Below, piece by piece: positions 1 to 9,884 of a stretch of DNA of 64,000 nucleotides (positions are counted from its first letter, which is position 1; every line of letters begins with the position of its first letter). The notes beneath the pieces are model-generated. The model made no database searches and was not told the origin of the DNA. It saw only the letters and a list, made by a program, of their open reading frames with translations. A program made the position numbers and the translations under genes. Origin of the DNA: Nitrospinaceae bacterium (GTDB taxonomy: Bacteria; Nitrospinota; Nitrospinia; Nitrospinales; Nitrospinaceae); assembly GCA_965223665.1 (NCBI GenBank), contig OZ245011.1, positions 3,744,001-3,808,000 of the forward strand. The letters are read 5' to 3'.

Positions 1-89
1 GAAATAATGCTAAAGAAGTATTAGAAAAATTTAGTATGACCAAGGTAATGGGAATGTGGGTAAAGGTTATAGAAGAATCTATGGACTGA
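1..89 (+). CDS. C-terminal end of a probable GT4 glycosyltransferase (truncated by window edge)
   Basis: Frame from nt 3 reads NNAKEVLEKFSMTKVMGMWVKVIEESMD-stop, typical of the GT4 C-terminal helix; lies directly upstream of a polysaccharide operon. Confidence 0.55.
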   Translation, partial: NNAKEVLEKFSMTKVMGMWVKVIEESMD

Positions 90-136
90 TTAAATGCAAA
101 ATTATTAATAAATCACAAAAGAAATAACATGGTGTC

Positions 137-1405
137 ATGGTAATAGTAAAAGATACTGTAATTTTTATTTTATTTTTTATTTGTTTGGTTCCTGCATTAG
201 GGGGAGTCGACATTCTTTTAGCCCAAGGCTACCTTGGTTTTGCCATACCCTTCCCATCATTTATTTTTTTAATGTTATTGTTTTTACCGTTAGTTTTTTC
301 AGGAATTTTTAAAGATGGCGGTAGGGAATTCCTTAGGAACTATCACCTGACTCTGTGGATAACCTTACCTTTGTTTTTTTGCTCCATTATTTGGATTCTT
401 TATGGTCTCCATCCACATGCGACCTTACTTTTAAGACCTAAAATAATGCTGGTTTATCAATTTTGTTTGGTGATCATGGTAATTGCCATTGGGGCCTCAA
501 ATTATTTTATAGAGCATTATCGGAAATTGTCTTTTGGGATTTTGGTTGTTATTTGTACTGGACTTTGGATAGATTTCTTTTTTCCTCAAACCTTTTCTTC
601 TATTCCGTCTAGAGCAGCTGGATTTAGTTTAAATTCCAATTTAGCTGCACTGGAATTGGTATTTACTACCATCGCTACTATTGATTGGAAAAAAAACTCT
701 TATTGGAATTTGCTAATTTTTGGTTTTGCAGGGGGAAGCATTTTTTTAACGCTATCTGTTGGAGGGATTGCTTTATTTATTGGTACATTTGGGCTTTATT
801 TGCTAGTGATTTTGTTGCAAAGAGGGTTCAGTTTAGGGCAGATCATTTTTTTTCTGATTGCCCCAATTTTTCTTCTCTTAATATTGGTTCCAGTACTAAG
901 TTATTTTGTGGAATCTACAGATACCTTTTCTGGAAGAGGTGCGCAGCTAAGATTTGATGAAATCCTTGCATTTTTTTCAGGAGATTTTTCTTTCTTAACG
1001 GGTCATGAAAGAGGAATGATTGCTGGTAGATTTTGGGATGATATTAATGAATCTCCAATTATTGGCCACGGGGTAGGTTACTATATCCCTGAATTAGGTC
1101 CGCATAATATGTACTTGTTATTTTGGGCGACCACCGGAATTGTTGGTTTGCTTATTTATATTAGTTTTGTTTTGGGTTCTTTTTACTTTTTTATACGTCA
1201 TAACAATACCCAGGGAATGGTGTTTGCTTTTGTTTTCTCAATTGCGAGCTTATATAACCACACTTTGCTAAGTACTCATAATATCACCTCATTTTTAGGA
1301 ATACTTGCCGTGATTGTGGCGAAGAAATCCTATATGCAATCATCCGAAGATCTAAATAAGGAAAAAAAGTTTTTATCAGGACCGAATCTTCAATTAAATA
1401 ATTAG
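137..1405 (+). CDS. O-antigen ligase / Wzy-like polysaccharide polymerase
   Basis: 422 aa, many TM helices, RAAGF..NSN motif, P(IIG)HG.G and HN.YL motifs of the Wzy_C/WaaL family; flanked by glycosyltransferases. Confidence 0.8.
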   Translation: MVIVKDTVIFILFFICLVPALGGVDILLAQGYLGFAIPFPSFIFLMLLFLPLVFSGIFKDGGREFLRNYHLTLWITLPLFFCSIIWILYGLHPHATLLLRPKIMLVYQFCLVIMVIAIGASNYFIEHYRKLSFGILVVICTGLWIDFFFPQTFSSIPSRAAGFSLNSNLAALELVFTTIATIDWKKNSYWNLLIFGFAGGSIFLTLSVGGIALFIGTFGLYLLVILLQRGFSLGQIIFFLIAPIFLLLILVPVLSYFVESTDTFSGRGAQLRFDEILAFFSGDFSFLTGHERGMIAGRFWDDINESPIIGHGVGYYIPELGPHNMYLLFWATTGIVGLLIYISFVLGSFYFFIRHNNTQGMVFAFVFSIASLYNHTLLSTHNITSFLGILAVIVAKKSYMQSSEDLNKEKKFLSGPNLQLNN

Positions 1406-1474
1406 TATGAAAGTTACTGTTGGATATTTAGAAATGTTTAGTTTTTCTCAATGAAGTAACTTAAGAACACTCTT

Positions 1475-2614
1475 ATGAAAAAAATTGTATTTGTAATTCG
1501 AGCCTTAATGTATGGGGGAGCGGAGCGGCAATTAATTACTCTTGCAAAGGCTCTATGCAAAGAGCATGAGGTGACCGTAGTTTATTTTTACGGAGGACCC
1601 ATGGAAAAAGAGTTTGCTGATTCTACAGTTAATTGTATCCATTTGGAAAAACGGGGTCGTTGGGATTTTCTATTTATTTTTAGAATATTTAAATACTTTA
1701 AACCAATGAATCCCGATGTAATTCATGGTTATATGGAAGTGGGAAATATATTTTCTATTTTGTTAAAACCTTTTTTTCCAAAAACAAAAATTGTTTGGGG
1801 AATCCGAGCTTCTAATGTTGATTTCTCTAGGACAGATTGGTTCGTTCGTCTTGCTGACCGGGTTGAAAGATTGTTGGCTAGATTTGCAGATTTAATTATT
1901 TTTAATTCTAAAGCGGGGTTGAAAATTTTTGAAAAGAAGGGATTTCCAACCAAAAATGCTATTGTCATTCCCAATGGAATTGATTTGGATCGATTTCAAC
2001 CAGACATAGGGTGCCGGCAAAAATTTAGAAAGGAACTAAACCTAGGAGATGAAATATTGATAGGTAATGTGGGTCGATTAGCTCCTCAAAAAGACCATAC
2101 TACATTTATACATGCAGCAGCTATTTTATTGAAAAGTAGGAATGATGTGAAGTTTGTTTGTGTGGGTGGCATTCAGGATCAAGAATATACAAAAGAAATA
2201 AAGGCACTTACTGAAGAACTGGGCCTAAAGGAAAAACTAATTTGGTTGGGTTCAAGGAGCAACATGAGTGAGGTTTATAATGGATTAGACATTCTAACTT
2301 CTTCGTCTTCTTGGGGAGAAGGATTTTCTAATGTTGTAGGAGAAGCAATGGCTTGTGGGGTCCCAAGTGTTGTTACAGATGTGGGAGATTCTTCGTGGAT
2401 TATAGGTGATCTTGGAGTGACAGTTCCACCCAATAATCCTGAAGCTTTAGCTGAAGGATGGGTTAAATGTATAGAGGGTTTAAAAGAAAATAGAGGAAAC
2501 CCAATTCGTGCGATTATAAAGAATAACTTTAGTGTTGAGAAGCTGGTAGAAAGAACAAAAAAAGCTCTCGGCTTAAATTCAACTGAGCTTAAAGAGAAAA
2601 CTTTAATATTGTGA
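1475..2614 (+). CDS. GT4 family glycosyltransferase
   Basis: GGAERQ N-terminal motif, IPNG, GR..PQKD, EGFSNVVGEAMACGVP.V.TDVG. Confidence 0.92.
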   Translation: MKKIVFVIRALMYGGAERQLITLAKALCKEHEVTVVYFYGGPMEKEFADSTVNCIHLEKRGRWDFLFIFRIFKYFKPMNPDVIHGYMEVGNIFSILLKPFFPKTKIVWGIRASNVDFSRTDWFVRLADRVERLLARFADLIIFNSKAGLKIFEKKGFPTKNAIVIPNGIDLDRFQPDIGCRQKFRKELNLGDEILIGNVGRLAPQKDHTTFIHAAAILLKSRNDVKFVCVGGIQDQEYTKEIKALTEELGLKEKLIWLGSRSNMSEVYNGLDILTSSSSWGEGFSNVVGEAMACGVPSVVTDVGDSSWIIGDLGVTVPPNNPEALAEGWVKCIEGLKENRGNPIRAIIKNNFSVEKLVERTKKALGLNSTELKEKTLIL

Positions 2615-3804
2615 CTTCCCAGGAAGATCTCCAAAAAATTAAAATCCTCTTTCTTACCACTAATCTGGGAACGGGTGGTGCTGAAACCATGCTGTTAAAC
2701 TTCCTGGAACGCATTGATCGCAAAGTTTTTCAACCCTATGTAATTTCTCTAATAAGTATAGATAAAATTGGTGAAAAGATCCGAAACTTAGGAGTGCCCG
2801 TTTTTGCAATGGAATTAAATCCAGCTTCAGTCAATCCTTTTCCAATTTTAAGATTTTTAAAGCAAGTTCGAAAGATCAAACCAGAAATTATTCAGGGATG
2901 GATGTACCATGGGAATTTGTTTTCTTTAATAGGTAATTGGACTTTACGAAAGAAAGCATTGCTTTTTTGGAGTATTCATCACTCAGTTTATAGTTTGAAA
3001 AATGAAAAAAAGTTGACGGCTTTACTTATTCGTTTAAGTGCCAGGTTTTCTAGCAAAGTTAATAAAATTCATTACGTTGCTGAAGAATCAGCCAAGTTGC
3101 ATAAAATCATTGGATTTTGCGAAGATAACGCTATTTTGATTCCTAATGGATTTGATACTGATAAGTTTAAACCAGATTCCCATGCAAAGATTCAGTTGAG
3201 AAATGAATTAAGCATAACGGATGGTTCGTTATTGGTGGGTTTGGTTGCAAGATACCATCCAATGAAAGATCATAAAAATTTGATTCAAGCGGCAAAAATT
3301 GTAAAGGATCGTATTCCAAAGGTAAAATTCCTATTAGTTGGAAATGATATTGATGAAAAAAATATAGAGTTAAATAAATTAATTGATCAGTACGATTTAA
3401 AAAATCACGTTATACTATTAGGAGTAAGAGAAGATATTCCAAAGATTGTGGCCGCATTAGATGTTGCAGTTAACTGTTCCTATTCTGAAAGCTTTCCATT
3501 GGCTGTGGGAGAGGCAATGGCTGCAGGGGTTCCCTGTGTAGTAACAGATACTGGAGCGTGTGGTTGGGTTGTTGATAATACCGGGAGGGTTGTACCAGTA
3601 AAAGATTCTCCAGCTTTAGCCGAAGGAATCCTTGAATTATTGAGTTTAGAACCTAATGAAAGGGCTAATTTAGGTGAAAAGGCTAGAGAAAGAGTTCAAG
3701 AAAATTTTGCTTTAAATAAAATAGTTAAAAAATTTGAAAATCTTTATTTGGATGCTGTTAAAGAAAAAAATGAAACAGTTAATCCTTCCAATTCAACAGA
3801 TTGA
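2611..3804 (+). CDS. GT4 family glycosyltransferase
   Basis: GGAE, IPNGFD, ARYHPMKDH, ESFPLAVGEAMAAGVP; 4-nt overlap with the previous gene. Confidence 0.92.
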   Translation: MTSQEDLQKIKILFLTTNLGTGGAETMLLNFLERIDRKVFQPYVISLISIDKIGEKIRNLGVPVFAMELNPASVNPFPILRFLKQVRKIKPEIIQGWMYHGNLFSLIGNWTLRKKALLFWSIHHSVYSLKNEKKLTALLIRLSARFSSKVNKIHYVAEESAKLHKIIGFCEDNAILIPNGFDTDKFKPDSHAKIQLRNELSITDGSLLVGLVARYHPMKDHKNLIQAAKIVKDRIPKVKFLLVGNDIDEKNIELNKLIDQYDLKNHVILLGVREDIPKIVAALDVAVNCSYSESFPLAVGEAMAAGVPCVVTDTGACGWVVDNTGRVVPVKDSPALAEGILELLSLEPNERANLGEKARERVQENFALNKIVKKFENLYLDAVKEKNETVNPSNSTD

Positions 3805-5144
3805 TGAAGCTTAAAACCAAACTATTCTATTTAATTAGAAATAATTTATTTTATAAAAATTGGTATAAATTTTATCAAGATTTGTGGAAATTAGATCCCA
3901 CGTCTTGCCAGCTTCTTCTAAGAGATTTATTAGTTCATGCCCGTGAAAATGTTCCTTATTATAAGGACAAAATTCCTTTCGATAATAAACCAGAAAACCT
4001 GTTATCTCAGATCCCTATTTTAAGAAAAAACCAAATTCGACTTCACTTTGAAAACCTAAAAAGCACGAAAGTTGATTTAACGAAAATTTCTTTGCAAAGT
4101 TCTGGTGGTTCCACTGGTAAACCAATTACTCTAGTGATTGATAATGATTATTCAGAATGGTTGATTGCATCAGAAAATTATTACTATAAAAAGTACATGG
4201 GATTTCTTTTTGCTGAACCTACCAAAATAATTTTGTGGGGGGCTCATAGGGATATCAAACAATTTCAGGGGTTAAGGGCTAAGGTTTCTCACTATCTAAG
4301 TAACATTACTCTATTAAATGCTTTTGAAATTTCGGATCGTAAATTTGATGAATTTATTGAAATAATTAATAGTACAAAACCTGTTTTTTTAAGATCCTTT
4401 GCCGGGTCGTTGTTTTTGCTGGCCAAATATATTAAGGAAAAAAATATAAAAGTTTTTAAGCCAAAGTTTATTGGGACTTCTGCTGAAACTTTAAGGCCCT
4501 TCATGCGGGAGTTAATCGAAGAAGTTTTTGAAACACGGGTAAGAGATTATTATGGAAGTAGAGAGGTTGGTATTATTGCGGCAGAATGTAGAAAGGGGAA
4601 AATGCATACTTTGCCATTTTTCAACCATGTTGAAGTAGTAGACGGGAAAGGGGATTCGGTAAAGCCAGGTGAAGAGGGAGTTTTGTTAGTTACTGGTTTG
4701 AAGAATTATTCTATGCCCTTAATTCGATATGAAATTGGAGACACTGCAGTATTGGGAAGTTCTTGTGATTGTGGAGGAGATACTCCTGTATTAGAAAAGG
4801 TTACAGGAAGAATTACAGACCACTTTGTTACTTCCACTGGGAAAATGGTCCACGGACAATATTTTACTCGACTGTTTTATTTCAGCAAATGGGTAGGGGA
4901 GTTTCAGATATTGCAAAAAGACTTTAATTTAATTGAAATACAATATGTCCCAACTAATGATCCTTCACAAATGGAAATTGAGGAAATTAATATAAAAGTT
5001 CGTAAGGTTATGGGAAATGAATGTGAAATTAATTGGGTTAAAATGGATTCAATTCCCCCAAATGCGGTTGGAAAAAGATTGTTTACACGAAGTTTTGTGT
5101 TTGAACAAGGGATGGATTTTAATACAAAAGATATGGTGAAATGA
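3804..5144 (+). CDS. Phenylacetate-CoA ligase family / CapK-like adenylate-forming enzyme
   Basis: SSGGSTGKP loop, YGSRE, MPLIRYEIGD, GR motifs; ATG overlaps the upstream TGA. Confidence 0.88.
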   Translation: MKLKTKLFYLIRNNLFYKNWYKFYQDLWKLDPTSCQLLLRDLLVHARENVPYYKDKIPFDNKPENLLSQIPILRKNQIRLHFENLKSTKVDLTKISLQSSGGSTGKPITLVIDNDYSEWLIASENYYYKKYMGFLFAEPTKIILWGAHRDIKQFQGLRAKVSHYLSNITLLNAFEISDRKFDEFIEIINSTKPVFLRSFAGSLFLLAKYIKEKNIKVFKPKFIGTSAETLRPFMRELIEEVFETRVRDYYGSREVGIIAAECRKGKMHTLPFFNHVEVVDGKGDSVKPGEEGVLLVTGLKNYSMPLIRYEIGDTAVLGSSCDCGGDTPVLEKVTGRITDHFVTSTGKMVHGQYFTRLFYFSKWVGEFQILQKDFNLIEIQYVPTNDPSQMEIEEINIKVRKVMGNECEINWVKMDSIPPNAVGKRLFTRSFVFEQGMDFNTKDMVK

Positions 5145-6259
5145 AAATTGTTTTTATTGCTCACCATGCGAAAGATGTACTAAATTTTCAAGGTCCTCTT
5201 CTTAAGGAAATATGTTCGTTGGGTCATTCTCTTGTGGCTCTCCTTCCGAAATCTACCCCAGATATTCAAAAGGGATTCTCCGATTTAGGGATTGATTTCA
5301 TCCCTATCTCTTTAGATCGAACAGGGATGAATCCCCTTATGGATGTAAAATCTTTTATTAACATATTTTTATTGATCAGGAAAATCCGGCCGCAATTGGT
5401 TTTTACCACGGCGATTAAGCCAAATATTTATGGGTGTCTTGCTGCACAATTGAACGGAATTCCGCAAATTTATAGTATGCTCCAGGGCTTAGGATATGCT
5501 TTTGAAAGAACAGGGGCAAAAGGTAGGGTGGCAAATTGGATCGCAAGGACTTTATATAAGATTGCATTTAGGAAAAACCAATCAGTTTTTTTTCTTAATC
5601 CGGACAATTGCGCTACTTTTTTAAAACTTGGCCTTGTAAAAGAAAATCAAGCTGTTTTGTCAAATGGAGTTGGAGTGGATACGGAGATTTATTCTGAAGC
5701 ACCCTTGGATACTTCAAAAGTGACTTTTTTGGTAATTGCAAGGTTAATCAAAGATAAGGGAATAATTGAATATGCCCAAGCGGCAGAAACACTGAAAAAG
5801 AAATACCCGGATGTGGAGTTCAAAATTCTTGGTCCAATGGATAGCAATCCATCAGCCATTTCATCTAACCAAGTTAAAAAATGGGAGGAAGAAGGAATCC
5901 TTGAATATTGCGGAGTTACTGACGATGTTCGTCCTTATATTGCCTCTTGTAATGTTTTTGTATTACCTTCATATCATGAAGGGATGCCTCGTTCTGTCTT
6001 AGAGGGAATGGCTATGGGGAGGCCAATAATAACTACCTTTGCTTCGGGGTGTAAAGAAACCGTGAATGAGGGAGTAAATGGCTATTTGGTACCGATAAAA
6101 AATGCGGAAGCTTTAGCCGAATCGATGGAGAAATATATTAAGGAACCGGATTTGATTGAAGCGATGGGTAAAGCGAGCCGCCAAATGGCGGTTGAAAAAT
6201 TTGATGTGCACAAGGTAAATGATAAAATTCTTCGAACCATGCGATTAAGGAAAAACTAG
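5141..6259 (+). CDS. GT4 glycosyltransferase (PglA/CapM-like)
   Basis: IKPNIYG, GLG, ARLIKDKGI.EY, LPSYHEGMPRSVLEGMAMGRPIITT. Confidence 0.9.
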   Translation: MKIVFIAHHAKDVLNFQGPLLKEICSLGHSLVALLPKSTPDIQKGFSDLGIDFIPISLDRTGMNPLMDVKSFINIFLLIRKIRPQLVFTTAIKPNIYGCLAAQLNGIPQIYSMLQGLGYAFERTGAKGRVANWIARTLYKIAFRKNQSVFFLNPDNCATFLKLGLVKENQAVLSNGVGVDTEIYSEAPLDTSKVTFLVIARLIKDKGIIEYAQAAETLKKKYPDVEFKILGPMDSNPSAISSNQVKKWEEEGILEYCGVTDDVRPYIASCNVFVLPSYHEGMPRSVLEGMAMGRPIITTFASGCKETVNEGVNGYLVPIKNAEALAESMEKYIKEPDLIEAMGKASRQMAVEKFDVHKVNDKILRTMRLRKN

Positions 6260-6322
6260 GTAGAAGTAAAATCTAATTTATTCTCTCGGTCTAATTCCGT
6301 TCTTCCTCACACGCTAAAAACC

Positions 6323-6331
6323 TGTTATAAT
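6323..6331 (+). promoter_or_regulatory. Extended -10 sigma70-type promoter element upstream of the DUF4956-CotH-VTC module
   Basis: TG-T-TATAAT in the 245-nt gap before 6505. Confidence 0.45.
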
Positions 6332-6504
6332 ATTGTTTTTAAAAAGGTTGTGCTGTTTGAGTAAAAGAGGTTGTTAAATCTTTTTGTCATCATAATCTAT
6401 TTTTTCATTGGTTCCTTTTGGTTTTTCTAAAAAGGAGATAGGTTATTTGTATTTAAATTAATTAATATTGGTTTTATCCTTCCATTGATTATTTAAGGAA
6501 AACT

Positions 6505-7188
6505 ATGAACAAGGCCCAAACATTCCAAGATTTTTTAGTTAACCAAAGCGCCGAAATTTCTGTATGGGGATTTTTAGTAAATATCATTTTGGCCATTATT
6601 TTTTCATTTATATTGGCGCAAATGTATATTCGGTTTGGAAATGTACTTTCAAATCGAAAAATGTTCTCAAAGAACTTAATTTTTATATCGATGACTACTA
6701 TGCTGGTCATCACTATTGTGAAATCTTCTTTGGCGCTTTCTTTAGGTCTGGTGGGTGCTCTTTCAATTGTTCGTTTTCGCGCTGCTATAAAAGAACCTGA
6801 AGAATTGGCTTATTTGTTTTTGGCGATTGCAATTGGACTTGGTTTTGGAGCGAATCAGGGACTTATCACTATTTTGGCTTTTATAATTATATTGGGAGTA
6901 ATAATTTGGCTTAATTATTCTCATTCTGTTGAAGAAAGCCAAAACCTTCATTTAAGCATATTCTGTGATACCCAACCCAAACTGGAATTAAACCAATTGG
7001 TTTCTGAATTAAAAAAGCATTGTAATAAAGTAGTGTTGAAACGGTTTGATGAAGATAAGGACACAATAAACTCCACTTTCTTGGTGGAGTTTAAAGGTGC
7101 GGATGACTTAGAAGAAGCAAAAAAATCTCTCCAAAAAATAAATGAAACTGTAAAAATTACCTATTTGGATTCCCGCGGAGTTTTTTAA
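6505..7188 (+). CDS. DUF4956 family membrane protein
   Basis: Signature SLALSLGLVGALSIVRFR..IK.PEE..YLF..I.IGL..G, 4-5 TM helices and a soluble ACT-like C-terminus. Confidence 0.88.
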   Translation: MNKAQTFQDFLVNQSAEISVWGFLVNIILAIIFSFILAQMYIRFGNVLSNRKMFSKNLIFISMTTMLVITIVKSSLALSLGLVGALSIVRFRAAIKEPEELAYLFLAIAIGLGFGANQGLITILAFIIILGVIIWLNYSHSVEESQNLHLSIFCDTQPKLELNQLVSELKKHCNKVVLKRFDEDKDTINSTFLVEFKGADDLEEAKKSLQKINETVKITYLDSRGVF

Positions 7189-9861
7189 ATGTTAATCAAG
7201 GATGAGTATGGATTTACGAATACCATCCAAGGATTAGGACTTTTTTTTAAGAAAAGAAAGTTTCTAATTGGATTGGTGTTGTTTTGTTTTTATACCTTTT
7301 TGGTTTTTGGAGTATCTTCCTATTTGGTAAAACATGGTTTTTGGGGGACTTTTCTAAAACCATGGATAATTAAAAACGTAAATGTACCCATAGATTATAT
7401 AAAAAGCTTTTCTGCCCAACCGGAATCCATTGTTTTAGATATTAAACAAAAAGATGTTCTAAAGCTTGCCCATAAGAGAAAAGAAGCCTTATCCGTAGGT
7501 ACTCTTTACTATTCTTCTGAAGAAGATTGGGTCCCTGCCAAATTTACCAACAATAATAAAACGTACAAAGTCAAAATTCGGTTAAAAGGAACACGGTCTT
7601 CTCATTGGGAAGATGAAGAAGTTTGGTCTTACAAGGTAAAAATGAAAAAGTCGGATACTTTTATGGGGATGCGCAGATTTGCTTTGCAGGGACCACACAA
7701 CAGAAATTTCCTTAATGAATGGATGTACCAAAAATTATATAAATATTTAGGAGTTATTAGTCTACGGTACGACTTCGTTGAGGTAACGGTAAACGGAAAA
7801 AAAATGCCTGTTTATGCTGTCGAGGAAAATTTTGATAAAAGACTAATTGAAAATAATCAAAGAAGGGAAGGTCCCATTTTCCGAGCAAAAATGATTCCTT
7901 TTTTGACTGACGAACCGATTGATGTTTATGGAATGAGTAAATACAAAGATGATGCTTCCGCATTAAAATTAGTTCATTCCGTAGAGAGCTTGATGGAAGC
8001 TTTTCGATTAGGTACACGTTCTACTTCAGAGGTGTTTGATATTGAAATGTTGGCCAAATCTTTGGCAGGTATGGACTTGGGAGGAAGTTTCCACTCTGTG
8101 AATTATTCTAATATAAGGTTTTATTATAATCCAATCACCGGCCGGGTAGAGCCCATACCTTATGATAATCAACACCTTCAACCTTTAGAATCGACCCAAT
8201 TGCTAGGTGAGGGACATTGGATTTCTCCAGAAATTTATAAAGATATTGGAGGCAAAATATATATAGATGGAACTGAACGGGGTATGCATTGGTTGTTTCT
8301 ACTGTTTCAGGATCGGGTATTTTACAAAAAATATATTGAAGCCCTGGAAATGATTTCAAAGAAAGAATACCTGGATGGATTTTTTAACAGTATCCAAGAA
8401 GAACAAGAAGAAAAGTTAAATACTCTATATAAAAGTTGGCCTCAATATAAATTCGAGGGAAAAAAAATTATTTATAGTAACCAAGAGTATATTAGAAAAG
8501 TCCTGCACCCTGAAAAAGCCGCCTTAGCCTATTGGGAAGAAATTGACTCAAGTTCAAATACAATTTATTTAAATATTGCAAACATTCATTCTCTACCAAT
8601 TGAAATAATGAGTCTTGTTGTTTCAAATGATTTGGTTTTGGAACCCATCGGCGAACATATTCTGGTTGGGAAAAGACGCCGAGGAGGGCCTTTGCTGGCT
8701 GGTAATACGGACCTGAAAAATGTTTACGAAACGTTATTGATTGGAAGGGATGGAAACTCAAAGATTAAATACCACCGTATTGGTTTTAAAATTCCAGAGG
8801 GTATCCATTGGGATTCTGCGTTAAAATCAAATTTGAAAATTGGAACAAGGGTTTATGGAACGAAAAATTTAATTCAAGATTCTATAATTCCCTGGAATAA
8901 AGAAAGTGACTTGATGCGAATGCCTTCTAATGTAGATAAATTTTCCTTTCTCAAAATTGACTCTGATAAAAAAACGATTCAATTTAAAAGGGGAAGTTGG
9001 GTATTAGATTCTGATCTGATAGTGCCTTCGGGTTATCGTTTTGTGGCTGTAAAAGGTACTCAGGTAGAATTGAAAAACAAGGCAAAAATTATTTCATTCT
9101 CTCCAGTGGAATTTATTGGATCACCAGAAGATCCTGTTAAATTTTTCTCGAACAATCATGCGGGACAGGGAATAATTATTATGAACGCAAAGGATGAATC
9201 TATTGTAAATCATGCAGAGTTTTCTGGTTTATCTAATCCCTTTTTATCCGGATGGTCTGTTACTGGGGCCGTTACTTTTCATGAATCACCCGCGACATTT
9301 ACAAATGTTAAATTTTTAAACAATTATTCCGAAGATGGGCTTAACCTTGTAAGGTCAAAATTCTTTATGGACAAAGTTTTGTTTCAGGGAACTTTTTCCG
9401 ATGCGTTTGATTCAGACTTTTCGACAGGAAAAATAAAATCCATTACCTTTTTAAATTGCGGTAATGATGGAATCGATATATCCGGTAGCCAGGTAGAAGT
9501 CGACCATATTGAAATCAACGGCGCTGGAGATAAAGGGGTTAGTGCTGGAGAAAATAGCCAACTTTCAATTAATACCCTGGTGGGTAAAAACGCAAATATT
9601 CTCGTTGCTAGTAAAGATTTATCCAGGGTGAAAATAAAAAAAGCGAAACTTGAAAATTCAAAATTTGGGTTTGCGGTTTTTCAAAAGAAAAGCGAGTTTG
9701 GTGCTGCTTCCATTGATGTTGACCAATTGGAAATGGCCGATTTAGAGTTACCTTTCCTAATTGAAAAAGGCTCTTCATTAATTGTCGAGGGCGAGCAAAT
9801 TAAAAGTAAGTATAAGAATATTAAAAAGTTGCTTTATCCTCCAAACCCTGATCAATCTTAA
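7189..9861 (+). CDS. CotH-family kinase with N-terminal membrane anchor and C-terminal right-handed beta-helix
   Basis: KKRK + TM at aa ~21-46; VKIRLKG, SYKVK, LNE, FVEVTVNG, YAVEE, NIRFYYNP..EPIPYDN (CotH-like); C-terminal EDGLN/SDAFDSDFS/NDGIDISGS/DKGVSAGE beta-helix turns. Confidence 0.8.
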   Translation: MLIKDEYGFTNTIQGLGLFFKKRKFLIGLVLFCFYTFLVFGVSSYLVKHGFWGTFLKPWIIKNVNVPIDYIKSFSAQPESIVLDIKQKDVLKLAHKRKEALSVGTLYYSSEEDWVPAKFTNNNKTYKVKIRLKGTRSSHWEDEEVWSYKVKMKKSDTFMGMRRFALQGPHNRNFLNEWMYQKLYKYLGVISLRYDFVEVTVNGKKMPVYAVEENFDKRLIENNQRREGPIFRAKMIPFLTDEPIDVYGMSKYKDDASALKLVHSVESLMEAFRLGTRSTSEVFDIEMLAKSLAGMDLGGSFHSVNYSNIRFYYNPITGRVEPIPYDNQHLQPLESTQLLGEGHWISPEIYKDIGGKIYIDGTERGMHWLFLLFQDRVFYKKYIEALEMISKKEYLDGFFNSIQEEQEEKLNTLYKSWPQYKFEGKKIIYSNQEYIRKVLHPEKAALAYWEEIDSSSNTIYLNIANIHSLPIEIMSLVVSNDLVLEPIGEHILVGKRRRGGPLLAGNTDLKNVYETLLIGRDGNSKIKYHRIGFKIPEGIHWDSALKSNLKIGTRVYGTKNLIQDSIIPWNKESDLMRMPSNVDKFSFLKIDSDKKTIQFKRGSWVLDSDLIVPSGYRFVAVKGTQVELKNKAKIISFSPVEFIGSPEDPVKFFSNNHAGQGIIIMNAKDESIVNHAEFSGLSNPFLSGWSVTGAVTFHESPATFTNVKFLNNYSEDGLNLVRSKFFMDKVLFQGTFSDAFDSDFSTGKIKSITFLNCGNDGIDISGSQVEVDHIEINGAGDKGVSAGENSQLSINTLVGKNANILVASKDLSRVKIKKAKLENSKFGFAVFQKKSEFGAASIDVDQLEMADLELPFLIEKGSSLIVEGEQIKSKYKNIKKLLYPPNPDQS

Positions 9862-9884
9862 GGGATAAGTTTACCTGAGTTCTT

